Positions 1 through 7,799 of a DNA stretch of 56,378 nucleotides are shown in pieces. A program made the position numbers and the translations under genes. The first letter of the stretch is position 1. Every line of letters begins with the position of its first letter. The DNA comes from a virus. Lineage: Duplodnaviria > Caudoviricetes. The DNA is taken from IMG/VR virus record IMGVR_UViG_3300017779_000007, positions 1 to 56,378 of that record; one strand, given 5' to 3'. A model generated the notes under the pieces. The model had not been told where the DNA came from. It saw only the letters and a list, made by a program, of their open reading frames with translations, and did not search any database.

Positions 1-123
1 CATATCGAGGCCGTCGATTGCTTGAAGAAACGGTAACTTCTGCTGGACCCGCTCGACGACATTCCTTGTGATGTTCTGCCTAAGCTGGGCGTTGTCGGCT
101 GCGAAAGCGGCCTGCTGCCGCTC
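1..123 (+). repeat. Terminal direct repeat (left copy), circular-assembly overlap
   Basis: 1-123 is identical to 56256-56378 and lies inside an open reading frame. Confidence 0.95.
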
Positions 124-903
124 CTGCAACTGCTTCGCCTCTGCCAATGCGGCGTCGGCGTTAGCGTAAAGATGTTCTCTCCGCTGCAAGATGGGATCAA
201 TGTCCTCCATGATCCGGTAGATCCTAGCCTTATCCCGATCACTGGCATCCGGCAGAATATGAGATAACTGCTCTTCCTGTTCCTGCGGGTCGTCCAGTGA
301 CAGCACGTCAATCAAGGCGTCAGAATCGATCTCATACTTGTCGGCGATCTGGTCAGCCTGCTCTACAAGGGCTTCCAGTGGCTGCGAGACCGCCTGATAA
401 TAAGCGGGAGTCTGCTCCAGATTAGTGAGAGCCTGCTGATGCTCATACTCAGAGAGCTTCTCTTGTAGCTGCTCAACGTCTTTATTCTCAACGAGTCCCG
501 TCAGTTCTTTAATCTTTGACTGGTATTCTGTGGATCGTTGCCTCAACATATCCAACTCAGAACGGTTGGTCTTCAACTCAGTCTTGAGTTCCTTGAAACG
601 GTTCGCCGCTTTGGGCGTCCAGTCATCACCAATGTCGTCAGTCAAGCTCTCAATCGGATCTGTATCCTGAACCTCTGTATCCTGAACCTCTGCAACTGGT
701 TCAGGTTCCGCTGCTGCTGGTTCATCAGCAACTGGTTCCGGTTCAGCGGTTGCTTGATCCATGTTCGCGAAAGCGGCTTCCAGTGAGGCTTCAAAGGAAG
801 AGGGTTCAGTGGCGTCCGGCAAGGCGTCGATGTTAGTTGGTGCTTCTACGGCTTCGGGAGCCTCTACGGCTGCTTCTACAGGTGCTTCTACAGGTGCGTC
901 CAT
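1..903 (-). CDS. Putative capsid scaffolding protein, 5' part (continues at 56258..55980; about 392 aa total)
   Basis: Hand translation from ATG at 903: MDAPVEAPVEAAVEAPEAVE...DDWTPKAANRFKELKTELK..., open to position 1. Acidic Pro/Ala-rich N-terminus, then coiled coil; lies between portal and capsid genes. Absent from the ORF track. Confidence 0.7.
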   Translation of the reverse strand, partial: MDAPVEAPVEAAVEAPEAVEAPTNIDALPDATEPSSFEASLEAAFANMDQATAEPEPVADEPAAAEPEPVAEVQDTEVQDTDPIESLTDDIGDDWTPKAANRFKELKTELKTNRSELDMLRQRSTEYQSKIKELTGLVENKDVEQLQEKLSEYEHQQALTNLEQTPAYYQAVSQPLEALVEQADQIADKYEIDSDALIDVLSLDDPQEQEEQLSHILPDASDRDKARIYRIMEDIDPILQRREHLYANADAALAEAKQLQERQQAAFAADNAQLRQNITRNVVERVQQKLPFLQAIDGLDM

Positions 904-1184
904 TCGTCTGGTTGGTTGGTTTTAGTGTTGGATGGCCGATTAGTCAGCTTCTCCAGATCATTAAAGGCGTCCCTGTATCCCGCATACCAAGCCAGTTTAT
1001 GGCTGTTCGCTTGCGGGTCTGCATCCAACGACGTAACCGTTGGGCCAGAAGCCTCTTTCAAAATCGCAATAGCCTGTTGCAAGGTAGGGTCGTCGATGAT
1101 CTCCTTGAGCCTTGTAACTGACTTTAAATCGTTGAACCAGTGTTCCAGTTTAATGGGAACCGTGGCTTTCTTTTTAGCTGGCAT
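888..1184 (-). CDS. Hypothetical protein downstream of portal (98 aa)
   Basis: ORF coupled to portal stop (TAATG overlap at 1184). Confidence 0.75.
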   Translation of the reverse strand: MPAKKKATVPIKLEHWFNDLKSVTRLKEIIDDPTLQQAIAILKEASGPTVTSLDADPQANSHKLAWYAGYRDAFNDLEKLTNRPSNTKTNQPDEWTHL

Positions 1185-3418
1185 TATTCTTGTTCACGAA
1201 ACTTCAAGGCGGCTTGCGCGTCGCGGATCGCTTGCTCTTGGTCGAACTTCTGTTGCTTGATAGCCATGTCTAGTTCGGCCTTCTGCTGCGTGATCTGCAT
1301 ATCGACTTGCGCCTTCTGTAGCTTCATGTCTACCTCAGACATCTGAGGCTGTCCAGCACCATCTTCAGAAATTTGCTGTTGCTGTTGCTGCTGTTCTCTC
1401 TGAATCTTTTCCAACGCCTTCATGGTGTTGTTGATCGCCTCTTCGGCATACTGGAGAATCTGCTTGGCGTTTCCGACCACGGCCCCCAATGCAGGGTCAC
1501 CGGATGCGTATTGAGCGGTCTCGGAAATGTGCTGGTAGAGTGCCTGCAACGCCGGAAGAACCTGCTGCGGATCTGCTTGGCCTTCGTTGATAGCCTGAAT
1601 GAACTGCTGCAACAGCGGGACGTGCAACTGCAAGTGCTGGCCGTGTAGCTCGCTGGAGACAACAGGAACCTGCTGACCCTGCTGCAACTGCTGGTTCTCA
1701 AGGTAAGCGATCTTGGTATCTACCGTCTGTCTCTCCGACTCTTGTGCCGGAACGTAGCGATCCGCGAGGTCGTGGCCGACACGAGTGCTAACGATGTCAC
1801 GAGTAAGGTTGCGGCGACCAACGTCGTCGAATTGGCCACTAATGCCTTGAAGCTCGCGAAGCGAGACGAGTCTGTTTGCGTGCGATCCATTACCAATGGA
1901 ACGAACTGCTTTGGTCTGTGCGACATCTAATTTTTGAATGAATTCTTTCTCTACGCCCCGCTTCTCGCAGCGGTCGAAGAAATCTTTAATCGCCGCATCA
2001 GGCCGCTTGACCTGAACAATACGGCGGACCATCTCGCGCATCAGGCGAGTCCAACTTGAGTAGAATAGGTTAAGCGTTGAACCACTAATCCTTGTAGCGA
2101 CATCCATGTCCGCTACCACCTGCATCTTGTTCTTGTATGGCGAAGTCTGATTCGGGCCATACGGCGACATCGTATCAGTGTTGAGGTTCAACTGCTGAGT
2201 GAGATCCTGCAAAGCTGGCTGGACTGCGGTTCCTAAGTTAGGAATAGCCTTCTCAACGATCTTCACGTTAGGCGACATCACGGCATACGCTCCGTAGAAG
2301 GTAAAGCTGAGTTCGTCTAGTGAGCGTTGGTTCTCAGGCTGAATCATAACAGCCGACGCCAACATTGCGCCGTCGATCTGCTGGCATCGTAACCTGTTAC
2401 TGGTCTGGATGTGGGAGAAGATCCGCTGGCCGAGACCTCTGATCGAATGATAAGTGCCGTTACTGCCTACTCCGTAAGTGAAGAAGATGTACGCCTGTTC
2501 AGGCGAATCGTAGCGGCTGACCTTTTTGTAGAGGAAATCTTTAGGACTGGACTCAGCGGATATGTAATGACTCACGCTACCGTCGATCTCGCGTACCCAG
2601 TAGTGCAGCACGTCAACGGTAGGGTTCTGGATGCCTGTGTAGAGATCGTTGTTCTTGATCTCTGCCTGCAACGCTTCGTAATCAGAGAATGTATTGCCGG
2701 ACGTGTAGGCGCGGCCAGAGGTCTTGACGTTCTCCATCATTACCCGCTTGACCTCTTTCACGTTCCAGCCGACCGCCTTAGCGGCCTTCTCGTTCTTAAT
2801 AAAGTGGTAGAGTTCGTGTAGCTGATACTGGCGGCGTCCTACCGCGATATCGATTGCGTTCTCTGATGCCTGTGACTGTCTCGGAATAAGAATGTCCGCG
2901 AAGCCGCCGACGCGGAACTTCCAGTCCTCCGGCGAGTCGAAGTAAGCGATCCCGACTCCGTGCTTAATAAACTGTGTGCAGAGACGGAGGTAGCTGCTGT
3001 GGAACTCCGGCCAGCGGCGGAAGAGATCCGTCAGCTCTTGCGCCACGATGTCCTCCTTTGGACCTACTTCGCTCCGCTCGCCTGTCGTGGCCTTGACCTC
3101 TACAAGACGCTCAAGAGAGGTGTAAAGGTCAACGTAGGCCGAAAGGGAGATGTCCAGCAGACGCTGCGCCTCTCCGAAGTTCAGGTTGGTCTTGAGTCCC
3201 TGACCACTGGCCGCTAACTGTGATTGGCTATAAGGTGCGACGCCGTCGAACATACTGTCGATCCGAGAGCGGTTCACGGCAGACTTCTCGTCGGCGCGGA
3301 GCAAGGTTGCAAAAATACCTACGGCGGCTTTTACATCCTTGAGACGTGTTTTGACGGGTTTGCCCTTATCATCTAGGCTCCCTAAATCGAGGCCGTCTAA
3401 GTCAATTAAGTTTGACAT
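1184..3418 (-). CDS. Portal protein (about 744 aa from ATG 3418; track start 3454)
   Basis: Size, position at the head of the scaffold/capsid block, and long Gln-rich C-terminal coiled coil reminiscent of P22-type portal barrels. Confidence 0.7.
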   Translation of the reverse strand: MSNLIDLDGLDLGSLDDKGKPVKTRLKDVKAAVGIFATLLRADEKSAVNRSRIDSMFDGVAPYSQSQLAASGQGLKTNLNFGEAQRLLDISLSAYVDLYTSLERLVEVKATTGERSEVGPKEDIVAQELTDLFRRWPEFHSSYLRLCTQFIKHGVGIAYFDSPEDWKFRVGGFADILIPRQSQASENAIDIAVGRRQYQLHELYHFIKNEKAAKAVGWNVKEVKRVMMENVKTSGRAYTSGNTFSDYEALQAEIKNNDLYTGIQNPTVDVLHYWVREIDGSVSHYISAESSPKDFLYKKVSRYDSPEQAYIFFTYGVGSNGTYHSIRGLGQRIFSHIQTSNRLRCQQIDGAMLASAVMIQPENQRSLDELSFTFYGAYAVMSPNVKIVEKAIPNLGTAVQPALQDLTQQLNLNTDTMSPYGPNQTSPYKNKMQVVADMDVATRISGSTLNLFYSSWTRLMREMVRRIVQVKRPDAAIKDFFDRCEKRGVEKEFIQKLDVAQTKAVRSIGNGSHANRLVSLRELQGISGQFDDVGRRNLTRDIVSTRVGHDLADRYVPAQESERQTVDTKIAYLENQQLQQGQQVPVVSSELHGQHLQLHVPLLQQFIQAINEGQADPQQVLPALQALYQHISETAQYASGDPALGAVVGNAKQILQYAEEAINNTMKALEKIQREQQQQQQQISEDGAGQPQMSEVDMKLQKAQVDMQITQQKAELDMAIKQQKFDQEQAIRDAQAALKFREQE

Positions 3419-3426
3419 ACTTGGCG

Positions 3427-3454
3427 AGTATATTGGTTTGGCGCGTAATGTCAA
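3427..3454 (-). promoter_or_regulatory. Sigma70-type promoter for portal
   Basis: Minus strand TTGACA(3454-3449)-16 bp-TATACT(3432-3427), 8 nt before ATG 3418. Confidence 0.65.
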
Positions 3455-3891
3455 TCATTTGGGTAAGCCTCCTCCATAATCTTCTCCATCCGTACCCAGT
3501 GGGCGCGACCGTCTCTAGTCTTGAGACGGACGTATTCTTTCTTTCCGAAGTCCTTAGTATGCACTAAGAAGGGGACGCCCCTGTATTTTTTGCCTGTGTT
3601 CTGGTATTTCCAGACGGCTCCGTAAGGCGTTACCTTGTAATCGGGATAGTCGGCTACCACCACGAACTCCTCGTCCGGTAAGCCGTGTCGGACTACAGTC
3701 GGGTTGTCGTGGTTAACCTTTCTATACACACCGTCGTCATCAGTAACAAAGGAATGATGTTTTAGGCTCTGCCAATACCGCTTAATCTTTTTGTCGGTTT
3801 TAAGGTTGTAGATGTAATCGTCGTCGGTCAGGGCGTAGTGGGACGCTCCTTCAACGGGTGTCCAGTCTTCTGGTATGTGGTGTTTGGTCAT
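3451..3891 (-). CDS. Tandem NUMOD4-like DNA-binding protein without nuclease domain
   Basis: Two E.W/F..V.G/DY..Y.(L/V)T motifs (EDWTPVEGASHYALT; EEFVVVADYPDYKVTPYG); no HNH motif. Confidence 0.5.
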   Translation of the reverse strand: MTKHHIPEDWTPVEGASHYALTDDDYIYNLKTDKKIKRYWQSLKHHSFVTDDDGVYRKVNHDNPTVVRHGLPDEEFVVVADYPDYKVTPYGAVWKYQNTGKKYRGVPFLVHTKDFGKKEYVRLKTRDGRAHWVRMEKIMEEAYPND

Positions 3892-3904
3892 GTCGGAAGT
3901 CGGT

Positions 3905-3984
3905 AAAAAAAACTTTTCTCTGAGGCTCTTAGTACCTTATAATATATTATAAGGTACTATACGTCTAGGAAAAAAGTTTTTTTT
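3905..3984. repeat. 80-bp palindromic element, copy 1
   Basis: AAAAAAAACTTTT-12 nt-TAGTACCTTATAATA|TATTATAAGGTACTA (perfect 30-bp palindrome, 3930-3959)-12 nt-AAAAGTTTTTTTT. Confidence 0.95.
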
Positions 3985-4023
3985 CGTAGTTTAGGTGCGG
4001 GTTTTCCAGCACTCCATTCCCTT

Positions 4024-4101
4024 AAAAAAAACTTTTCTCTGAGGCTCTTAGTATCTTATAATATATTATAAGGTACTATACGTCTGGGAAAAAAGTTTTT
4101 T
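4024..4101. repeat. 80-bp palindromic element, copy 2 (direct to copy 1, period 119 bp)
   Basis: Near identical to copy 1, with one C>T change in the core. Confidence 0.95.
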
Positions 4102-4360
4102 ATTGGATTTTAAGTGCCGCTTTTCTAGCATTACGTTTTGCCATGATTTTAGCTTTGTTTTTGCGATAATACTCTTTGTTGTAATTCTTTACGCGATTCT
4201 TGAACGCCTCATACTCCTCCGGTTCAAGGACTTTTGCCACCTCCAATTTCCGAGAGTAGCTGTATTTTGTCTTACGGTAATACTCATTTTGGTAGTCGAG
4301 CCTCTTTTCCCGATTCTTCAAATAGTATTCCTTCTTCTTTTTTGGGTCGTAATTCGCCAT
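4100..4360 (-). CDS. Small Lys/Arg/Tyr-rich basic protein (86 aa)
   Basis: MANYDPKKKKEYYLKNREK...EYYRKNKAKI; promoter directly upstream. Confidence 0.65.
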   Translation of the reverse strand: MANYDPKKKKEYYLKNREKRLDYQNEYYRKTKYSYSRKLEVAKVLEPEEYEAFKNRVKNYNKEYYRKNKAKIMAKRNARKAALKIQ

Positions 4361-4365
4361 GCCCA

Positions 4366-4394
4366 ACTCTAGCCGAAAGCCAGACCCCCGTCAA
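4366..4394 (-). promoter_or_regulatory. Sigma70-type promoter, likely leaderless transcript
   Basis: TTGACG-17 bp-TAGAGT, 5 nt before ATG 4360. Confidence 0.55.
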
Positions 4395-4622
4395 TTTTTT
4401 TCTAAATGGTATATTGTATACACTGCACTCCGTGCAAAAATCCGAGACCTACCGGTGGCGTCTCCCGAACCCCGAACCCCAAATCACTATCATACTATCA
4501 TGATCAACGCATCACGATACGACGATGCGTTAGTAGTGGTGAGGGATCAGGGAAGCGGGATTCATGAATCAGGAATCAGGTGTCGGTGGATCGGAAGGAA
4601 GGCGGGGCATTGCTCTGCATCA

Positions 4623-4846
4623 GGTCCAGTGTCCGGTGTCCAGTGTCCGGTCTGGTGTCCGGTCTGGTGTCCGGTGTCCAGTGTCCGGTCTGGTGTCCGG
4701 TCTGGTGTCCGGTGTCCAGTGTCCGGTCTGGTGTCTGGTGTCTAGTGTCTGGTGTCCAGTGTCCGGTCTGGTGTCCGGTCTGGTGTCCGGTGTCCAGTGT
4801 CCGGTCTGGTGTCTGGTGTCTAGTGTCTGGTGTCTGGTGTCTGGTG
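4623..4846 (+). repeat. Tandem array of GTGTCYR heptamers with GTCTG pentamers
   Basis: Units GTGTCCG/GTGTCCA/GTGTCTG/GTGTCTA/GTCTG; 78-bp higher-order duplication 4674-4751 = 4752-4829. Confidence 0.95.
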
Positions 4847-4849
4847 TTC

Positions 4850-4884
4850 CCCGCTTCCCGCTTCCCGCTTCCCGCTTCCCGCTT
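4850..4884 (+). repeat. (CCCGCTT)5 heptamer array
   Basis: Five perfect copies; reverse complement GGGAAGCGGGA at 4550-4560. Confidence 0.95.
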
Positions 4885-5186
4885 CCCTTATCATGATTAC
4901 TGAATATCGAAAAAAGATTCGATTGTGCTTGCAATAGGTCAATTCCTTTTCTTGGCCCTCAGATGCGATCTGAGAGCGTTTGCCCCCGTCCGGCTGGTCC
5001 TATTCAATTTCTTTTCGAAACGCGATCCTGAGCGATTCGATGTTCTGTTGAACAGTGAAAAGGGTGTTCAAAACTTTGCCTTTATATAGTGTGTTTTTTG
5101 AGGGGCAGCCGGAACATCGAGAAGGGGTTGATTGGTAAGGGATTAGGGTGATCGGTGAAAAAAGAAAAGAATTTGACCGATTTAGC

Positions 5187-5215
5187 TTGCAGAAAGTAAA
5201 CCGTTATTTTAGTTT
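5187..5215 (+). promoter_or_regulatory. Putative early promoter
   Basis: TTGCAG-17 bp-TAGTTT with A-rich upstream tract; first plus-strand genes follow. Confidence 0.5.
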
Positions 5216-5223
5216 CTAGTCAT

Positions 5224-5276
5224 CGCCACAACGGCGTGAGTTGAGTCCACCGACCGACTGCCCCGATCTTTGAAAT
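5224..5276 (+). promoter_or_regulatory. boxB-like hairpin plus boxA-like antitermination motif
   Basis: CGCC-ACAAC-GGCG at 5224-5236; GATCTTTGAAAT at 5265-5276 resembles rRNA-leader boxA. Confidence 0.45.
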
Positions 5277-5330
5277 CACAGAATAGTTTAAGCGTCTTTT
5301 AAATAGCACGGGCCGACATTGGCCCGTTCC

Positions 5331-5395
5331 GCTATTCCCCGCTTCGGCGGGGCATAGCTCACAGCCTCCGGCCATGCCGGAAGTTGCGAGCTATG
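5331..5395 (+). ncRNA. Structured leader element, family 1, copy 1
   Basis: GCTAT-T-CCCCGC-TTCG-GCGGGG-C-ATAGC hairpin overlapping a second hairpin CATAGCTC...GAGCTATG that contains the ATG. Confidence 0.7.
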
Positions 5396-5740
5396 ACAAA
5401 ACAAGAACAAATAGACATCGTTAGAAACGCAGCACAATCTCTCAACGGAACCCTGATGGGAGATTGGCTCGATGAATCGGTTGCCCAAGCCGCCTCTGCA
5501 TTGGACTCTGACATCAATCCAGCAATTTGGGTTCATGGAATAGAAGAGGCAGTCGCGGTGAAGACATCTACCAAGGTCGCCGAAATACAAGCCTCCTTTG
5601 AAAAACGGGAAGCTGAACTAGCCAAGCGGGAAAGAGACTTCGAAAAGCGCGAATCCGACTTCGAACATTGGAGAGCGGACTTCCACAACACCGTCACCAA
5701 GACGGCCTCCCATCTGGAGTATGTGATCGATCACCTCTAA
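5393..5740 (+). CDS. Early hypothetical protein with coiled coil
   Basis: ORF; ATG 5393 at the end of the structured element. Confidence 0.75.
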   Translation: MTKQEQIDIVRNAAQSLNGTLMGDWLDESVAQAASALDSDINPAIWVHGIEEAVAVKTSTKVAEIQASFEKREAELAKRERDFEKRESDFEHWRADFHNTVTKTASHLEYVIDHL

Positions 5741-5748
5741 CCCTAACC

Positions 5749-5813
5749 GCTACACCCCGCTCCGGCGGGGCGTAGCTCTCAGCTACCGGAAAGATCGGTG
5801 GTTGAGAGCTATG
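5749..5813 (+). ncRNA. Structured leader element, family 1, copy 2
   Basis: Same architecture with compensatory change GCTAT/ATAGC to GCTAC/GTAGC. Confidence 0.7.
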
Positions 5814-6167
5814 AGTAATACTACCACAAAGCAAGACGTGTCCGCCCCTACTGTTGAATTCCTCGCCATCACCGGATTCGGCTGGGCCTATGCTGACTCG
5901 CCAGCGATGGCGATTCAGAAAGCGCAATCGAATATCTCCTACGGGGCGAAGCCTCGTAAGGGATCGAAGAAATGGGAGGAGGCTCAAGACAAAATCCATC
6001 TCTGGATGGTTCCCTCCACTTGGCACGGGACTGACAACTACAGGCCCATCGATGAAGACGGCAACCCTGTTGGAATCCTCCTCCACGGCCATTACAAGCC
6101 CGAAGATAAAACGGCCCAATATGAGGTCATGGACTCGGCCATCAAAGGATGGTTGGAAAACAGATAA
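5811..6167 (+). CDS. Early hypothetical protein
   Basis: ORF; ATG 5811 at the end of the structured element. Confidence 0.75.
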   Translation: MSNTTTKQDVSAPTVEFLAITGFGWAYADSPAMAIQKAQSNISYGAKPRKGSKKWEEAQDKIHLWMVPSTWHGTDNYRPIDEDGNPVGILLHGHYKPEDKTAQYEVMDSAIKGWLENR

Positions 6168-6188
6168 CCCTGAACCCTGAACCCTGAA
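6168..6188 (+). repeat. (CCCTGAA)3 after stop codon
   Basis: Direct reading; same unit at 6404-6417 and 8910-8937. Confidence 0.9.
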
Positions 6189-6190
6189 CA

Positions 6191-6403
6191 ATGAAGATTA
6201 AAAAATGGATCGTAAACTTGAATGGCCAACACCACACCGTCACAGGTGATTGCGATGGGCATTTGGAAATTCACATCAGCCACGAGGATGGAACTCCTGT
6301 TTACGCTCTTGAGCGCGACATGGAAACGCCAAACGGATGGTTAGATTCCTTCACATCAGAAGGCATAGAAGGGAACTACCGTAAAAAAATCATCAACCAC
6401 TAA
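6191..6403 (+). CDS. Early hypothetical protein (70 aa)
   Basis: ORF bounded by CCCTGAA repeats. Confidence 0.7.
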   Translation: MKIKKWIVNLNGQHHTVTGDCDGHLEIHISHEDGTPVYALERDMETPNGWLDSFTSEGIEGNYRKKIINH

Positions 6404-6410
6404 CCCTGAA

Positions 6411-6475
6411 CCCTGAACCCCTGCACCATGCAAGACGCATGGTGCAGTATTCAGGGGTCACAACGACCCACTGAA
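6411..6475 (+). ncRNA. Structured intergenic element, family 2, copy A
   Basis: CCCTGAA-ccc-11 bp stem-ta-TTCAGGG then second hairpin ending CTGAA. Confidence 0.7.
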
Positions 6476-6508
6476 ACAGAACCAATAAACCAATAGAAAG
6501 AAAAAACT

Positions 6509-7552
6509 ATGTCACATCAAATTACAGAAATCGACACCGTGTTATGTCCTGAAGGTTCCAAGTATCGCACTTGGCACGGGCTAGAGCAAACATCAGCAAA
6601 GCCGATCACGTTGGAAGTCGCGAGGGATCACGATCTCTTGCCCGTTGTCCGAAAGTCTCCGATTCATGTAGCGGGTAATCACCCGCCGATTGAGAACTTC
6701 AAAGCCCTGACAACGTGGGACAAGAACGGTGAGCTGACCACGCTCGACGTGGTCTCTGACCGATACTCGATCATTCAGAACGAGCAGATATTCAAGACCA
6801 TGTCCGAGTCCTTCAAGGGGACAGGACTGGAATACACTCTGTCCTGCATCGGCACGTTGGGTGGCTTGAAGAAGTTCTTCATCTCGGTCGCCGTAGGCGA
6901 TGACGATGGCGGGTTCACCGTCAACGGTGATAAGTTTCACGGCAACGTGAACTTCAACACCTCACATGATGGAGGATCGTTCTTCGCCAACGACAGTCTA
7001 ACCCGAATCGTATGCGGGAACACACTCCGGCAAAGCATGAACGGAGATAAAAACGTGTCATTCAAGATCAGGCACAAGGGCGATACCGCCAGCAAGGGTA
7101 AGGATCTTAGTCGCTACCTTCAGGCAGTCTTCACCTCTCGCGAAGTATTCGCCGAGAACATGGGCAAGCTGGCTGAACAGCGAGTAGCTGGCGATGACAT
7201 CAAGCAGATCGTCGGTGGCTTCTTTGTGAAAGAAGCATTCAAGCGTGGCGAAAAGCTGGAGGAGGGTTTCAAGACCCGCTCGCTCAACATGATCGACGGG
7301 ATCACTGACCTCGCCATCTCCGGTCGCGGAAACAGTGGACGGTCTCTCTATGATGCCCTCAACGGAGCGACTGAGTTTTGGACGAGTGGTGACGGCGTAG
7401 GCCGGACAGCGAGTGCCGGAAAGAAAGCCTACTCTTCCGAATTCGGAAACGCTGCTGCCAGCAAGGAGAAGTTCTCCGAGTATCTCGTCAAAGGCGAGTT
7501 TGAATCCTCGCTTCAGGAGGATACAAAGCGCATCCTCGCCCTCACTTCCTAG
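6509..7552 (+). CDS. DUF932/DUF945-family phage/plasmid protein
   Basis: Motifs WHGL, VVSDRY.IIQN, SHDG, RIVC.NTL, IRH.G, LYDALN.ATE. Confidence 0.8.
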   Translation: MSHQITEIDTVLCPEGSKYRTWHGLEQTSAKPITLEVARDHDLLPVVRKSPIHVAGNHPPIENFKALTTWDKNGELTTLDVVSDRYSIIQNEQIFKTMSESFKGTGLEYTLSCIGTLGGLKKFFISVAVGDDDGGFTVNGDKFHGNVNFNTSHDGGSFFANDSLTRIVCGNTLRQSMNGDKNVSFKIRHKGDTASKGKDLSRYLQAVFTSREVFAENMGKLAEQRVAGDDIKQIVGGFFVKEAFKRGEKLEEGFKTRSLNMIDGITDLAISGRGNSGRSLYDALNGATEFWTSGDGVGRTASAGKKAYSSEFGNAAASKEKFSEYLVKGEFESSLQEDTKRILALTS

Positions 7553-7556
7553 TGAG

Positions 7557-7612
7557 TCTTGATACACTGCCCCCTCCAGCCGGAGGGGGCAGTAATCAGG
7601 AATGAGCCTGAA
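7557..7612 (+). ncRNA. Structured intergenic element, family 2, copy B
   Basis: TCTTGAT-aca-CTGCCCCCTCC-agcc-GGAGGGGGCAG-ta-ATCAGG-aatgag-CCTGAA. Confidence 0.7.
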
Positions 7613-7634
7613 ATTAAACCAATAAAGAATAAAG

Positions 7635-7793
7635 ATGAAATTCGACAAACTAAGACAGAAACTCGGCATGATCAATCCAGAAACCCTGACCGATGTCCTC
7701 GATGGAAAGATAAAATTAAGTCATGAGGAAAGAGAGGAATTCAATGAATACATGGACATGGGCCGGAGAATGTTCGCAAAAAAGAAATCCTAA
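7635..7793 (+). CDS. Small early protein (52 aa), not in ORF track
   Basis: MKFDKLRQKLGMINPETLTDVLDGKIKLSHEEREEFNEYMDMGRRMFAKKKS, filling the gap between elements B and C. Confidence 0.7.
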   Translation: MKFDKLRQKLGMINPETLTDVLDGKIKLSHEEREEFNEYMDMGRRMFAKKKS

Positions 7794-7799
7794 ACCGGA

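Noticed and set aside
1-123. Biological direct terminal repeat
   Set aside because: It interrupts a continuous ORF, so it is more simply an assembler overlap
3930-3959. Protelomerase (telRL) site implying a linear plasmid prophage
   Set aside because: Three copies would fragment the genome, and no protelomerase/tyrosine recombinase or partition gene was recognised
3905-4101. Repeat-39 bp-repeat as a CRISPR mini-array
   Set aside because: Repeat is 80 bp, far longer than CRISPR repeats, and has a distant inverted third copy; no cas operon
4359-4934. ORFs with CPVSG/PDTR repeats on both strands
   Set aside because: Products of the stop-free tandem array; open in several frames, no start context
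5735-5813. Integron attC sites (TAAC...GTT before ATG)
   Set aside because: No proper RYYYAAC/GTTRRRY pair, fold is two competing hairpins, no integron integrase
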